Source: Nitrospinaceae bacterium (GTDB lineage: Bacteria > Nitrospinota > Nitrospinia > Nitrospinales > VA-1). Taken from it: a stretch of DNA of 64,000 bases. The notes under the pieces were generated by a model that saw only the letters and a program-made list of their open reading frames with translations, did no database searches and was not told the DNA's origin. Position numbers and translations under genes: made by a program. This document shows positions 1 through 11,007 of this stretch, in pieces (the first letter of the stretch is position 1; every line of letters begins with the position of its first letter). The DNA lies in assembly GCA_029261635.1 (NCBI GenBank), contig JAJDAW010000013.1, forward strand, positions 263 to 64,262, written 5' to 3'.

Positions 1-791
1 TCGTTGTCCAATCAACTTGTTTTCCGGGCAATACCAATTTGATGGAACTGCTGATTATGATCGATGCTTTGCGTCGTGCTTCAGCAAAAAGGATAACTGC
101 CGTGATCCCTTATTACGGGTATGCTCGGCAAGACAGGAAAAACGAACCACGGGTTCCTATCACATCCAAACTGGTTGCCGATTTAGTGGTTACAGCAGGT
201 GCAGATCGCGTTTTAACAGTTGATTTACACGCCGGGCAAATTCAAGGTTTTTTTAATGTCCCTGTGGATCATCTATTCGCAATAAATGTTTTGATCGAAT
301 ATATCAAAGCGCAGAATCTGAAGAATATGATCGTTATTTCACCGGATGCCGGAGGCGTGGAAAGGGCTCGCGCTTATGCAAAACGATTAGATACCTCCCT
401 TGCAATTATTGATAAGCGCCGGGATATTCCCAATGAAGCCAAAGCGATGAATATCATTGGTGATGTAAAAGGGAAAATAGCTTTCATCGTGGACGATATG
501 ATTGATACCGCGGGAACGCTGATGGAAGCAACCGATGCGCTTTTGGGCGCAGGGGCGAAGGAAGTGCATGCCTGTTGTTCTCACCCGGTATTATCGGGTC
601 CAGCGGAAGAACGTATTGCAAACTCACCTATTAAATCCGTGGTGACAACCAATACTATTCCCTTGAATGATGAGCTGAAAAAAAACCCTAAGATAAAAGT
701 GTTATCTGTTGCCTCTCTTTTAGGAGAAGCAATTTTAAGAATTCATCAGGAAACCTCTGTCAGTTCCTTGTTCGATTCAACAAAGGATTAA
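1..791 (+). CDS. prs: Ribose-phosphate pyrophosphokinase, 5' end cut by window edge
   Basis: Frame open from nt 3 reads [28 protein letters not shown]; PRPP-binding loop [12 protein letters not shown]; ORF track 39..791. Confidence 0.95.
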   Translation, partial: VVQSTCFPGNTNLMELLIMIDALRRASAKRITAVIPYYGYARQDRKNEPRVPITSKLVADLVVTAGADRVLTVDLHAGQIQGFFNVPVDHLFAINVLIEYIKAQNLKNMIVISPDAGGVERARAYAKRLDTSLAIIDKRRDIPNEAKAMNIIGDVKGKIAFIVDDMIDTAGTLMEATDALLGAGAKEVHACCSHPVLSGPAEERIANSPIKSVVTTNTIPLNDELKKNPKIKVLSVASLLGEAILRIHQETSVSSLFDSTKD

Positions 792-838
792 AACATAGGT
801 CGCCTGCCAGAAATTTTTTACATTGATTGGAGTTTCAA

Positions 839-1492
839 ATGTCAGTTTTAACAGGAAAAATAAGAGAACCAAATGGCAAATCAGCTGCACGAAAACTGCG
901 GACGGATGAATGCATCCCCGCAGTTGTTTACGGCCTCCATGATAACGTCAGCTTATCGGTCAACCCAAAGGAACTAAAGAAATTGATTGAAGCCAAAGGA
1001 CGCAATGTTCTTATTGAGTTGAAGGTCGATGGCGATAAAGCAGAAAACAGAAACGTAGTACTACAAGAATTTCAAACTCATCCTCTTAAACCGGGCTGGG
1101 TGCATATTGATTTTCTTGAAATTGATGTAACCAAAAAGATCAAAGCAAAAATCCCTGTTATTCTGGTTGGTGTTTCCCCTGGAGAAAAACAGGGTGGGCA
1201 TGTAAACCACATTATCCGCGCTTTGGAAATTGAAAGTCTGCCGAAAGACATTCCCGAAAAAATAGAGGTGGAAATGGGTGAGATAGAACTAAATCAGATG
1301 GTTCATGTCTCCGATCTAAACCTGGGGGGATCTGTATCCATAGTAAATAACCCCAACGATGTCGTTGTGAATGTTCATCTCGAAAAAGTAAAAGAAGCCA
1401 AAGCTGAAGGAGAAGAAGAAGCAGAAGGAGATGCTGCTGCTCCCGTAGACTCCAAAGAGGATACCGGGAAGAAAGAGGACGGTAAAAATTAA
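839..1492 (+). CDS. rplY: 50S ribosomal protein L25 / general stress protein Ctc
   Basis: ARKLRTDECIPAVVYG and long-form Ctc body with acidic tail; ATG 839 sits 6 nt after TGGAG; classic prs-ctc-pth neighbourhood. Confidence 0.9.
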   Translation: MSVLTGKIREPNGKSAARKLRTDECIPAVVYGLHDNVSLSVNPKELKKLIEAKGRNVLIELKVDGDKAENRNVVLQEFQTHPLKPGWVHIDFLEIDVTKKIKAKIPVILVGVSPGEKQGGHVNHIIRALEIESLPKDIPEKIEVEMGEIELNQMVHVSDLNLGGSVSIVNNPNDVVVNVHLEKVKEAKAEGEEEAEGDAAAPVDSKEDTGKKEDGKN

Positions 1493-1494
1493 TT

Positions 1495-2052
1495 GTGTTT
1501 TTGATTTTAGGCTTGGGCAATCCCGGGCCACGTTATGAGCTGACAAGGCATAATGCGGGATTTCTTGTTTTAGATAATCTTGCTGATAAATATAAAATCA
1601 AGCTGACTCAACATAAGTATCGTTCCCTTTATGGAAAAGGGGAAATTGAAGGGCTTCCGGTTATTCTCGCAAAACCGATGACCTACATGAACGAGAGTGG
1701 AAAAGCTGTCAAAGCGCTTCTTTCCGCTTTTAATCTTTCCCCAGAGCAGATTCTGGTAACACATGATGACATTGACCTCCCACTTGGAAAAATAAAGACC
1801 AAGCTTAAGGGGGGCGATGGTGGTCAATTGGGAATTAGATCGACCATAGAGACACTGCGAACCAGAGAGTTTTATCGGGTGCGCATTGGGGTCGACCGCC
1901 CTGAAGATAGAGAGGACATTGTAGATTACGTCTTGTCCCCTTTTACTGAAGAAGAGTCAGGGCTGTTAAATGATGTAATGGACAAAGCGGTGCAAACGAT
2001 AGAAGCGGCGCTCAAGGAACTCACTAAACAGAACAACCCTACGAAGGAGTAA
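1495..2052 (+). CDS. pth: Peptidyl-tRNA hydrolase
   Basis: [22 protein letters not shown]-terminal signature; GTG start. Confidence 0.95.
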   Translation: MFLILGLGNPGPRYELTRHNAGFLVLDNLADKYKIKLTQHKYRSLYGKGEIEGLPVILAKPMTYMNESGKAVKALLSAFNLSPEQILVTHDDIDLPLGKIKTKLKGGDGGQLGIRSTIETLRTREFYRVRIGVDRPEDREDIVDYVLSPFTEEESGLLNDVMDKAVQTIEAALKELTKQNNPTKE

Positions 2053-2057
2053 TAAGA

Positions 2058-4133
2058 ATGTTATCGGAACACAAAGGAGAAATTGGCTTCATCGGTTTTG
2101 CCATGGTGGCATACCTGGTGATGGCCGCTTTTGACGCATCGCAAAATTATGTGTACCTAGCTGTTATTTTTGGTCTCTTCGGACTCATCATCGCTTGGAA
2201 ACTATTCGAAGGTGTCGATGACGCACCAGCTGGAAATGAAAAAATGACAGAAATCGCCGATGCCATCCATGAAGGCGCTATGGTATTTCTTTCAAGGGAA
2301 TACAAAATACTCGGCTACTTTATCGCAGGAATTTTTCTACTCCTGCTTGTCCTGATTTCCATGCAAAAAGGAATCTGGATTGGACTTTGGACAGCCGTTT
2401 CCTATGCTATCGGGGCAGGTTGTTCTATGCTGGCTGGTTTTTTTGGCATGAATGCAGCGACAACATCCGGTGTTCGTACTTCCCAAGCTGCAGTTGACGG
2501 TGGACAATCCAAGGCACTTCTCATCGCATTCAATGGTGGCGCGGTGATGGGGCTTTGTGTAGCAAGCCTCGGGCTTCTGGGTGTCGGTGGATTATTCCTT
2601 CTATTCGGACGCGGAGATTCTTTTACAGTCATCAGCGGGTTTGCCATGGGTGCAAGCTCCATTGCATTGTTCGCTCGCGTAGGCGGCGGTATTTATACCA
2701 AAACCGCAGACGTTGGCTCCGACCTCGTTGGTAAGGTCGAAGCAGGTATTCCAGAAGACGATCCACGAAACCCTGGCGTTATCGCCGATAACGTAGGCGA
2801 CTGCGTAGGCGACACAGCAGGACTGGGTGCAGATATTTTTGAATCTTATTGTGGTTCCATGATCGCGGCTATTGTCATTGGTGCCAGTATGGCGACCTTG
2901 CGATTCGAATACATGGCTCTTCCTATTATGATCGCCATGGTGGGTTTACTTGCCTCGGTCATTGGTATTCGTGCCATGACATCTTTAGGCAACATGGACC
3001 CTTCAGCAGCTCTTAGAAACTGCACCTTTATTAGTGCCGGGGCCATGTTATTCGTGGCATTTTTTCTTATTAAAGTCATGGGCCTCCCTTCAGGCGTATT
3101 TATCGCGCTCCTGTTTGGTTGTCTGGCAGGTATAGGTATCGGATTGATAACCGAATATTACACAGCCAGTAAGCCTGTTGTGCGCATTGCAGAATCGAGC
3201 AACACAGGAGTTGCAACAGTAATGATCACAGGTCTTGCGGTTGCCATGGAAAGTTGTGTAATCCCTGTGATAATTATGGCTCTGACCATTTATGTTAGTG
3301 CTGAATCTGCGGGTCTTTATGGTGTTGCACTGTCTGCCGTGGGTATGTTGGCAACAGTAGGTATTACCATGTCAGTCGACGCTTATGGACCCATCGCTGA
3401 TAACGCGGGTGGAATTTCAGAGATGGCAGGACTGGGAGAAGAAACTCGAAAGATTACAGATGGACTCGATCAAGTGGGTAACACCACAGCCGCTATTGGT
3501 AAAGGCTTTGCTATTGGCTCTGCTGCTTTGACAGCGCTGGCCTTATTTGCAGCGTTCACTCAGGCAGCAAATATCGACTCCATTGACATCACAAAAACCA
3601 ATGTGGTTATTGGTATGTTTCTTGGTGGTGTCGTGCCATTTTATGTTGCCGCTCTGACCATGACTTCGGTTGGGAATGCCGCAATGACAATGGTTGAAGA
3701 AATTCGCCGACAGTTCCGCGAAATTCCAGGACTTATGGAAGGCACTGGCAAACCCGATAGTGCACGTTGTATCGATATCAGCACCCAGGCAGCGTTGAAG
3801 GAAATGATTGCTCCCGGTGTAGTGGCTTTCTTAACCCCTATCATAGTCGGTTGGATGCTCGGCGCAGAAGCGTTGGGTGGAATGCTGATGGGAGCAACTT
3901 TGGTCGGTGTTTTATTGGCGCTGTTCATGTCGAATGGCGGTGGTGCCTGGGATAATGCTAAAAAATATGTGGAAGCAGGAAACCTGGGCGGAAAAGGTTC
4001 CGACGCTCACCATGCTACCGTTGTTGGAGATACGGTGGGTGATCCTCTGAAAGACACCTCGGGTCCGGCAATGAACATCCTCATCAAATTGATGTCGATT
4101 GTTTCGCTGGTGATGGCACCGTTTTTTCTCTAG
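2058..4133 (+). CDS. hppA: Membrane-bound ion-translocating pyrophosphatase
   Basis: 691-aa polytopic protein with [18 protein letters not shown] and [17 protein letters not shown] motifs; AAGGAG RBS. Confidence 0.95.
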   Translation: MLSEHKGEIGFIGFAMVAYLVMAAFDASQNYVYLAVIFGLFGLIIAWKLFEGVDDAPAGNEKMTEIADAIHEGAMVFLSREYKILGYFIAGIFLLLLVLISMQKGIWIGLWTAVSYAIGAGCSMLAGFFGMNAATTSGVRTSQAAVDGGQSKALLIAFNGGAVMGLCVASLGLLGVGGLFLLFGRGDSFTVISGFAMGASSIALFARVGGGIYTKTADVGSDLVGKVEAGIPEDDPRNPGVIADNVGDCVGDTAGLGADIFESYCGSMIAAIVIGASMATLRFEYMALPIMIAMVGLLASVIGIRAMTSLGNMDPSAALRNCTFISAGAMLFVAFFLIKVMGLPSGVFIALLFGCLAGIGIGLITEYYTASKPVVRIAESSNTGVATVMITGLAVAMESCVIPVIIMALTIYVSAESAGLYGVALSAVGMLATVGITMSVDAYGPIADNAGGISEMAGLGEETRKITDGLDQVGNTTAAIGKGFAIGSAALTALALFAAFTQAANIDSIDITKTNVVIGMFLGGVVPFYVAALTMTSVGNAAMTMVEEIRRQFREIPGLMEGTGKPDSARCIDISTQAALKEMIAPGVVAFLTPIIVGWMLGAEALGGMLMGATLVGVLLALFMSNGGGAWDNAKKYVEAGNLGGKGSDAHHATVVGDTVGDPLKDTSGPAMNILIKLMSIVSLVMAPFFL

Positions 4134-4178
4134 TAGTTTTTAGTTTTACTTTAAAGGGATGGGGGGTTCCCCCATCAC

Positions 4179-5015
4179 ATGTTGATTTTCAGGAGATTAT
4201 TTAATTTGTTAAAATTTGGTATTCACGATTTCATCAATGCACAACCGTTACGCGATGCCCTGAATACTATGGGTGACTGGACAATGATAGAGATTCATAC
4301 CGAAACCCCTGCTCACCTTGCCGATCAGCTTAGCCGGGGCGAGCTTGATCTGGCCATGATCCCCGCCATCGAATATTTGAAACACGCAGACAGCTTGCGT
4401 TTACTTCCAGGGGTGTCCATTGCATCCAAGGGGCAAGTCGGAACGGTTTTGCTGGTTACCAAATATCCACTGAAGACAATCGACACTTTGGCCATTGATA
4501 ACCGGTCTCGTACTTCAGTGGCTTTATTGAAATTGCTGTTTAAAAAGGAAATGGCGCCTGATTTGAAATGGGTGGAATGTGATCCTAATCCCGAAAAAAT
4601 GCTGGAAGAACATGATGCCGCGCTCATCATTGGCGATCCCGCTCTGGGATTTAAAAAAGAAGGCACAACGATATACGATTTGAGTGAAGAGTGGTATCAG
4701 AGAACGGGGAAGACTTTTGTGCACGCGGTGATTGCAGTCAAAGAAGGAGTCGAAATTGACGAACGAATTGTAGAGATTTTTCGCGTTGCAAAACAAGAAG
4801 GGTTGATGAAAATTGCCAGTACGGTTCGTAGTCAGGCGCGTCTTACGAATTTCCCTGAACCCGTATTACTCGATTATCTGCAAAATAAAATTCGATATAA
4901 TTTAGGAGGCGAAGAGTTAGACGGATTGAGCCATTTCCAGTCTCTTTGTAAATCTGCCGGACTGATTGACAAAAAAACTCCCTTCGAATTCGCTTTCGAT
5001 GAAGGAACTATTTAA
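4179..5015 (+). CDS. mqnA: MqnA-like chorismate dehydratase (futalosine menaquinone pathway family)
   Basis: Periplasmic-binding-like fold pattern FINAQPL...GELDLAMIPAIEYLK typical of MqnA/MqnD family; alternative TTG start at 4206. Confidence 0.6.
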   Translation: MLIFRRLFNLLKFGIHDFINAQPLRDALNTMGDWTMIEIHTETPAHLADQLSRGELDLAMIPAIEYLKHADSLRLLPGVSIASKGQVGTVLLVTKYPLKTIDTLAIDNRSRTSVALLKLLFKKEMAPDLKWVECDPNPEKMLEEHDAALIIGDPALGFKKEGTTIYDLSEEWYQRTGKTFVHAVIAVKEGVEIDERIVEIFRVAKQEGLMKIASTVRSQARLTNFPEPVLLDYLQNKIRYNLGGEELDGLSHFQSLCKSAGLIDKKTPFEFAFDEGTI

Positions 5016-5023
5016 ATTCCCGC

Positions 5024-5797
5024 TCAACCAATAGATTGCTTTAAGAAATCTTTTCCTTTGAAGAATCCTGCTTTAATCAGCTCGCCTATTTTAACAAGAG
5101 CTGATTCAAAGAAATCGAGATAAGCCTGAACGGCTTCATTCCGCTTGTTCTTTTCCGGTTGAACAGGAGGTTTTGATGGCTGGGGAGTGAATACAGGTGC
5201 TTGCTCCACAAACCTTTCCTGAACTTCAGGTTCTTCCACTACGACTTCAACATCGGGTTCCACTAATGTAGTGTTGCCAGAAATTTTAGCAAGATAATCG
5301 GTATTTGCTGGTTCAGAAAGGGGTTCTGTTGGAGAACCGCTGATATGTTCCATCTCCACTTCTACTGGGGAGGGTGAAACAATTTCAATGGGTGGCTCTT
5401 CCTCAACATCTAGAGGTTCTTCAAAAACGGGTTTCTCTTCTAAGGTAATCGGTTTTTTTTCAGGGGGACTGGCTACTACTGGAGGTCTTGCAATGGGATC
5501 ATGTTGTTTCGGTTGCGATTCAATAAGTGGCTCAATCCACTGCATGATTTGCGGTGGAACCTGATTGGTGTAATAAAGGTAACCACCGCCACCTGTTAAT
5601 AGCAAAAGGATGAAAATAAGGAAACCGCAACCGCTCTGTTTTTTTCTTTCAGCGGGGAGGACTTCTCCCTCATGTTCTTCAAACGGAGACTCATCTTCAG
5701 ATGATTCAGGAATTTCAGAGGTTTCTTCAACATCAGAAGAGTTTTCCTCTTTTTCCGGAGTGTCTGCGTCTTCTGGTTTTTCAGTGTTTTCTTGCAT
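5024..5797 (-). CDS. Hypothetical acidic Glu/Pro-rich single-pass membrane protein
   Basis: 257-aa ORF; acidic N-terminus, one TM (GFLIFILLLLTGGGG), Pro/Glu-rich C-terminal part; no recognisable family. Confidence 0.5.
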   Translation of the reverse strand: MQENTEKPEDADTPEKEENSSDVEETSEIPESSEDESPFEEHEGEVLPAERKKQSGCGFLIFILLLLTGGGGYLYYTNQVPPQIMQWIEPLIESQPKQHDPIARPPVVASPPEKKPITLEEKPVFEEPLDVEEEPPIEIVSPSPVEVEMEHISGSPTEPLSEPANTDYLAKISGNTTLVEPDVEVVVEEPEVQERFVEQAPVFTPQPSKPPVQPEKNKRNEAVQAYLDFFESALVKIGELIKAGFFKGKDFLKQSIG

Positions 5798-5907
5798 AGG
5801 AAATACGAGGCGGAAAGCCTCTTTGACAAACTACATCCAAAAGCACAAGGGTCTTCGTTCGCCCAAAAATAAAATGACTCGCCCCTACTACGTGGGAAGC
5901 AACTCCC

Positions 5908-5985
5908 CTATAGTAAAATGCCTTAAAACCTATATTTGCTGCTCGGGTTTCGACCCATTGGCCCCACGCCTAGTGGTGGCTAGTG
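5908..5985 (-). repeat. REP/MITE-like element, long form (hairpin + CCAATGGGTC core + TTTTACTATAG tail)
   Basis: GACCCATTGGCCCCACGCCTAGTGG at 5952-5976 and CTATAGTAAAATGCC at 5908; aligns with copies at 8734, 12243, 34491. Confidence 0.6.
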
Positions 5986-6858
5986 GATGATTTTGTTTAA
6001 TGGATATTCGACGATATCTTCCGCGCCGGCTTTTTTAAGATCGGGAACGCAATCCCGCACCAGTTTTTCTTCGAGAATCACATTGATAGCTACCCATTTT
6101 GAATCGTTCAATTCAGAAACCGTTGGTTTTTTACCCGACGGAAAAATTTTAACGATTTCATCCAGCTTGTCTTTCGGCGCGTTGAGCATCAGCCCTACCT
6201 TGCCGTTGGCTGCCATGGCACCTTGCAACATCATTACCAGACGATCGACTTTATTGCGTTTCCAGGCATCTTGGTTTGCCGTCTTGTTCATAATAAAGCG
6301 AGTTGTAGATTCCATTAAGGTATCGACAATCCTTAGATTGTTTGCTTTGAGAGACGACCCGGTCTCTGTCACTTCAACAATCGCGTCGACCAACTTGGGA
6401 GCTTTGACTTCTGTAGCACCCCAGGAAAACTCAACGTTGGCAGTCACTCCATGGCCTTTCAGCCAATCTGTTGTCAGATTGATGACTTCAGTGGCAATCC
6501 GTTTTCCTTGCAGGTCTTGAACTGTTTTGATAGAGGAATCGTTAGGCACAGCCAGAACCCAGCGAACCGGTCGGGCTGAGACTTTGGAATAAACCAGCGG
6601 TGCTATTTCTTCCACATCAGCGCGGTTTTCCATAATCCAGTCTTTACCCGTCAAACCCGCATCGAGAACACCATCTGCTACATAACGTGCAATTTCCTGG
6701 GCGCGAATTAACATGCACTCAATTTCAACGTCATCGATACTGGGGAAATAAGAACGGCTTTTAATTCTGATGTTGTAACCTGCCCGGGCAAAAAGTTTTA
6801 CCGTTGCTTCTTCCAGACTGCCTTTGGGAATTCCTAGTTTCAATACTTTACCGCTCAT
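5980..6858 (-). CDS. hisG: ATP phosphoribosyltransferase (long form)
   Basis: [23 protein letters not shown] start, 292 aa with C-terminal regulatory domain. Confidence 0.95.
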   Translation of the reverse strand: MSGKVLKLGIPKGSLEEATVKLFARAGYNIRIKSRSYFPSIDDVEIECMLIRAQEIARYVADGVLDAGLTGKDWIMENRADVEEIAPLVYSKVSARPVRWVLAVPNDSSIKTVQDLQGKRIATEVINLTTDWLKGHGVTANVEFSWGATEVKAPKLVDAIVEVTETGSSLKANNLRIVDTLMESTTRFIMNKTANQDAWKRNKVDRLVMMLQGAMAANGKVGLMLNAPKDKLDEIVKIFPSGKKPTVSELNDSKWVAINVILEEKLVRDCVPDLKKAGAEDIVEYPLNKIIH

Positions 6859-6886
6859 GGATTGATCTCTTTCTTATATGGTTAAT

Positions 6887-7258
6887 TTATTTTTTATAAA
6901 CTTTTTCCGGGTCGAATACTTTTTCTTCTACTATTTTCACATCCCCGTCAACTTTTCTAAAAAAGCAACTGGTATAGCCCTTATGACAGGCGGCTTTACC
7001 TACCTGTTCTACTTTCAAGAGCACCGTGTCATCATCGCAATCGACAAACACTTCTTTCACAATTTGGACGTTGCCACTTTCTTCCCCCTTCATCCATTGT
7101 TTGTCCCGTGAGCGGCTGTAGAACCATGCTTTTCCGGTTTCCAGGGTCTTTTCCCAGGCAATGGTGTTCATATAGGCGAGCATTAACACTTTCCCAGTTT
7201 CCGCGTCTTGAATTATCGCCGGAACCAGACCACCCATTTTTTCAAAATCAAGTTTCAT
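6887..7258 (-). CDS. hisI: Phosphoribosyl-AMP cyclohydrolase
   Basis: [22 protein letters not shown]...[16 protein letters not shown]...[27 protein letters not shown]. Confidence 0.9.
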   Translation of the reverse strand: MKLDFEKMGGLVPAIIQDAETGKVLMLAYMNTIAWEKTLETGKAWFYSRSRDKQWMKGEESGNVQIVKEVFVDCDDDTVLLKVEQVGKAACHKGYTSCFFRKVDGDVKIVEEKVFDPEKVYKK

Positions 7259-7529
7259 ACCATTGCCCTCTAGCTAAAATTACTCAAAAATTAATAGAAT
7301 TTGGCTACTTATCTTCAGTTGCCAGTCAAATGGATTGGTTTACTTCCCCAAGCTTTGAGTGAAGCTTGGAAATCTAAAATATAATTGATTTTCTGTCAAC
7401 CTTATAATAGCCTGTTTACAATCGAATTAGTTCTTTTTGTTGGTTTTTTTAATCATTTTTTAGCGCTAAACCTGTTAATTTCATATTTATTACAAGGTTA
7501 CCGCTATTCCAAAAATATAAGGGGTCTAG

Positions 7530-8150
7530 ATGCCTTCCATAACACATTTTGATATTTACAAACCTGCAGAGCCTTGTACTTTGACAGGCGATAAGTTGCA
7601 GGAGGCCATGAAAAAAGTTGTTGGAGAGACCTTGAGTCAGGATGGCAAAGAACTGAACCTGAAAGGGTATTGTGTCGGCCAAAATGGAATGACTATTATC
7701 ACTCGTGATGAGCGTGTAGCAAAAGTGCGCCGACTGAATCTTGGAGGAAACCGTATAGGGGATGTAGGAGTACAATTGCTCGCAGAGGCTGAATTATTTT
7801 CCAAGGTCAATTGGATAGAATTAGGCGGTAACGATATTGGCCCGGAAGGGATTCGTCATCTTATCCGATCTAAAGTTTTACAAAAGGTGAAGTCGCTCAA
7901 CCTGTACCGGAACTGTATTAAGGATGAAGGTGCAAAAATAATGGCAAGGGATAACGGATTAGCAAAATTAGAAGATCTGGATCTGGCGCAGAACGAAATC
8001 GGTGATGAAGGAATTATGGCATTGGCTCTTTCGACAAAGTTCCCCGAATTGGTAAGTATTGCCTTGGACAACAATTTTGCTTCTGCCGAAGGAAAAGAGG
8101 AAGCTAAGGTAGAACCCAATTTCAAAAAACTTCAATCCTTAAACTTGTAA
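7530..8150 (+). CDS. Leucine-rich repeat protein, ribonuclease-inhibitor (RI) type repeats
   Basis: Successive ~28-aa units LNLGGNRIGDVGVQLL, ELGGNDIGPEGIRHL, LNLYRNCIKDEGAKIM, LDLAQNEIGDEGIMAL. Confidence 0.7.
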   Translation: MPSITHFDIYKPAEPCTLTGDKLQEAMKKVVGETLSQDGKELNLKGYCVGQNGMTIITRDERVAKVRRLNLGGNRIGDVGVQLLAEAELFSKVNWIELGGNDIGPEGIRHLIRSKVLQKVKSLNLYRNCIKDEGAKIMARDNGLAKLEDLDLAQNEIGDEGIMALALSTKFPELVSIALDNNFASAEGKEEAKVEPNFKKLQSLNL

Positions 8151-8157
8151 TTGCGTC

Positions 8158-8733
8158 ATGCCAGAACCATCCAATGAAGAATATGGGAAAGGATATTTCC
8201 TGATCGCCAATCCGGTATTACCCGACCCCAATTTCTCGCGCACGGTTGTTTTGTTGTGTAACCATGATGACGAAGGTTCTTTTGGGCTGGTGATCAATCG
8301 ATCCGCCCCCATAGATGCCAAAGAAGTCTTTGCGGAAATGGGTATGTCCGAGTTTCCTTCTGGGAAAATATATTTGGGCGGTCCGGTCTCCCCTTCACAA
8401 GTATTTTACCTGTGTCATTCCGAAGAACCTTTACCTGAACTGGAATCCATTTGCGAGGGTGTCTATCTGGGAATGAGTTGGGAATTGCTGGATAATTTAA
8501 TGACTCGTGTTAAAAATCCGGAAAAGAATATCCGCTTTTATCTCGGATACTCAGGTTGGGGTGCCGGACAATTGGCAGAAGAAATGACCCGGCTCAGTTG
8601 GTTGACCTCTAAAGCCTGCGGTGAATTTGTTTTTCAGGAAAATGAAGACGGAATCTGGGCAAATGTGGTGCGCTCTCTCGGTAAAGATTACGAATATCTC
8701 GTGCAAGCCCCTGTAAATCCCCAATGGAATTAA
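8158..8733 (+). CDS. YqgE/AlgH family protein (UPF0301)
   Basis: GYFLIANPVLPDPNFSRTVVLLCNHDDEGSFGLVINR signature. Confidence 0.85.
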   Translation: MPEPSNEEYGKGYFLIANPVLPDPNFSRTVVLLCNHDDEGSFGLVINRSAPIDAKEVFAEMGMSEFPSGKIYLGGPVSPSQVFYLCHSEEPLPELESICEGVYLGMSWELLDNLMTRVKNPEKNIRFYLGYSGWGAGQLAEEMTRLSWLTSKACGEFVFQENEDGIWANVVRSLGKDYEYLVQAPVNPQWN

Positions 8734-8806
8734 GCGGCTAACCTCCGCTGGTAATGAGTCAATACCCAAAAAGCTAAAAAGGTTGTTGAGCTTTTTACTA
8801 TAGTAC
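8734..8806 (+). repeat. REP/MITE-like element, long form
   Basis: GCGGCTAACCTCCGC hairpin directly after stop codon, tail GAGCTTTTTACTATAG; aligns to reverse complement of 34491-34568. Confidence 0.55.
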
Positions 8807-8893
8807 GCACCGTCACCTCAGCACGTCATCGCGAGCAACGAGAGGGAGCGTGGCGATCCATATTTTAATATTATTTCATTTTTTGGGTCTAAC

Positions 8894-9799
8894 GTGATGG
8901 TGGATGCATTATTCCAACCCGCAGCAAGCCAGCAGATATATAAGTCTTCTCCTTCGCCGCAATATTGTGGGCTTTCTATTGAAGAGTATTTTGCTTCCCG
9001 TTTTACGTATCAATCCAGGCAGGACTGGATCGCTCAAATAAAAAATGGAGATATTTGGGTAAACGGCGTGACCGCGCAGACAGGTTATATCCTGAAAGAA
9101 GGGGACCACATTATTACCCATGCCGGAATGCGGCAGGAACCGCCAGCAGATCGCAGGTTAAAAGTTATTTATCAGGATTTGCATATCCGGGTATTCGATA
9201 AACCGGCTCCTATCCCGGTTCATCCCAGCGGACGATATTTCCAAAACAGCATGACCGAAATTTTGAAGCAGTGGTATCCAGAAGAAGTTCCCCGGCCGGT
9301 ACAAAGACTGGATGCGACGACCACAGGTGTGATCGTATTTGCCCGGACACGCGAAGCAGCAGGCGCCTTGATGAACGAATTCAAGAGCCATAAAATAAAA
9401 AAAGAATACCTTGCTTTAGTAGAAGGTGAACCCAAGACGGAAAAATTTTGCATTGATGCGCCCATTGGAGTTTTAAAGGGGTCGCATAGAGGTGTCGGCG
9501 ATCAAATAGAAAATGGGAAATCAGCAAAAACTGAAGTTCAATGGCTTGCTTCCAAAAAAGGACAATCGCTTTTAAAAGTTTCTCCTCTTTCAGGTAGAAC
9601 AAACCAGATTCGAGTTCATCTTTCAAGTTATGGGCTGCCCATTTATAATGATCTGGTTTATGGACAAGGAACCGCAGGAATCTATCAATACGGTTTGCAT
9701 GCCTGGGGTCTCGAGTTTCAGTGCTTTGATCGGACGATGGAATTTAGAGTTGCGCCGCCTGCACATTTTGAATCCTTATTAGAAATAGCAAAAATATAA
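8894..9799 (+). CDS. RluA-family pseudouridine synthase
   Basis: VFDKPAPIPVHP and QRLDATTTGVIVFARTREA catalytic-Asp region, N-terminal S4-like part. Confidence 0.85.
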   Translation: MMVDALFQPAASQQIYKSSPSPQYCGLSIEEYFASRFTYQSRQDWIAQIKNGDIWVNGVTAQTGYILKEGDHIITHAGMRQEPPADRRLKVIYQDLHIRVFDKPAPIPVHPSGRYFQNSMTEILKQWYPEEVPRPVQRLDATTTGVIVFARTREAAGALMNEFKSHKIKKEYLALVEGEPKTEKFCIDAPIGVLKGSHRGVGDQIENGKSAKTEVQWLASKKGQSLLKVSPLSGRTNQIRVHLSSYGLPIYNDLVYGQGTAGIYQYGLHAWGLEFQCFDRTMEFRVAPPAHFESLLEIAKI

Positions 9800-9804
9800 A
9801 TACA

Positions 9805-10845
9805 ATGAACACCTTTTCTCCACCTCATCCCGCTCACGAAAATCCGGAGCTAAAAACAGAAGGTTTGTTTGCCAAGGCGCGCAATCCATTCTGGCTAGCA
9901 CCTATGGCGGGCATCACCGATGTTTGTTTCCGGCAGTTGATGGATGAAATGAGTGCGGGTGTTTTAATCTCTGAGCTGGTTTCTGCTAAAGGACTTTTCT
10001 ATAACTCCGAAAAAACCCAAAAAATGATGCGGATTCATGCAGATTCCAAATCCATTGTTGGCATTCAGCTATTTGGAGAATCAGCGGAAGATATTGTGCG
10101 TGCCTCTGAGTTTGTAGAGTCTACCGGGGCGGATTTTATCGATATTAATCTGGGTTGTCCGGTTAAGAAAGTGGTTAAGAAAGGTTGTGGTGCCGCATTG
10201 CTACGCGACCCGGCCTATCTGGAAAAATTTCTTTCTACTGTAAAAAAGGGTATTCGACTTCCCCTTACAGTAAAGATGCGCACCGGGTGGAATGAAGAAG
10301 AACTGACGGTACACGAATGCGTCAAAGCGGCTTACAATTCAGGCTGTGAATGGGTGGCGATACACGGTCGCACTCGCGCTCAGGGCTACGATGGTAAAGC
10401 CAATTGGGACTTGATGGCAGAAGTTAAAGAGGAGGCAAAAATTCCTATCATCGGTAATGGAGATATTCGTAGCGCGGAGCAAGCAAAGAAAAGATTGAAG
10501 GAATCAAAAGTCGATGCGGTTATGATAGGCAGAGGCGCTTTGCGTAATCCCGGAATATTTAACGAGTGCATCGGACTGAGTAACGATAGCTCTTGCCTGA
10601 AAATAATCCATCGCTATCGAAACAGTTTAAATGAACATTACGATACGCGTTTTTCACTCATTTTATTGCGAAAATTCTCGGCCTGGCTTGCGTTTGGAAA
10701 TAAAGGAGCCGCAAAATTTCGCAAGAGTATGTTCGAGTGCGTAACCACCGCCGAGGTAATGGAAAGGGTAGAAGAATTCTTTCAAAACGAGCAACCCCTC
10801 CGCTTTGACGATAACGAAGAGTTTATGATGGGCGGCCACGGCTAA
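9805..10845 (+). CDS. tRNA-dihydrouridine synthase
   Basis: APMAGITDVCFRQL, DINLGCPVKKV, AIHGRTRAQGY motifs. Confidence 0.9.
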   Translation: MNTFSPPHPAHENPELKTEGLFAKARNPFWLAPMAGITDVCFRQLMDEMSAGVLISELVSAKGLFYNSEKTQKMMRIHADSKSIVGIQLFGESAEDIVRASEFVESTGADFIDINLGCPVKKVVKKGCGAALLRDPAYLEKFLSTVKKGIRLPLTVKMRTGWNEEELTVHECVKAAYNSGCEWVAIHGRTRAQGYDGKANWDLMAEVKEEAKIPIIGNGDIRSAEQAKKRLKESKVDAVMIGRGALRNPGIFNECIGLSNDSSCLKIIHRYRNSLNEHYDTRFSLILLRKFSAWLAFGNKGAAKFRKSMFECVTTAEVMERVEEFFQNEQPLRFDDNEEFMMGGHG

Positions 10846-10846
10846 C

Positions 10847-10877
10847 CCCACTCGCCGTGGGGCAATAGGTCAGAGCT
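10847..10877 (+). repeat. REP-like element, short form
   Basis: CCCCAC-TCGCC-GTGGGG hairpin followed by CAATAGGTCAGAGC. Confidence 0.6.
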
Positions 10878-11007
10878 GAGATGCGGAACTTTGATTATTC
10901 TGCTTCTGGCAAAGGGTTTATTAATAATTCCCCCTGATAAGGGGGATATAGGGGGTTGATATCTAGAGAGCCATTATTACCCCTAAATTTTTTGTGAGTA
11001 AATAATT

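Noticed and set aside
4157-4178. GATGGGGGG-TTCC-CCCATC hairpin between hppA and the mqnA-like gene, as a terminator
   Set aside because: No T-tract follows, and the next start codon abuts the stem. It may modulate read-through, but it cannot be called a terminator from sequence alone.
5610-6520. Plus-strand ORFs 5610..5990 and 5987..6520
   Set aside because: They are antisense to the acidic membrane protein gene and to hisG respectively. They have Ser-rich low-complexity content and no start context. They are shadow ORFs.
8825-8859. GTCATCGCGAGCAACGAGAGGGAGCGTGGCGATCC, and a related GTCATCCTGCG at 37272-37282, reminiscent of a short repeat seen scattered in many bacterial genomes
   Set aside because: These are single degenerate copies. 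I cannot establish family membership or function from this window.
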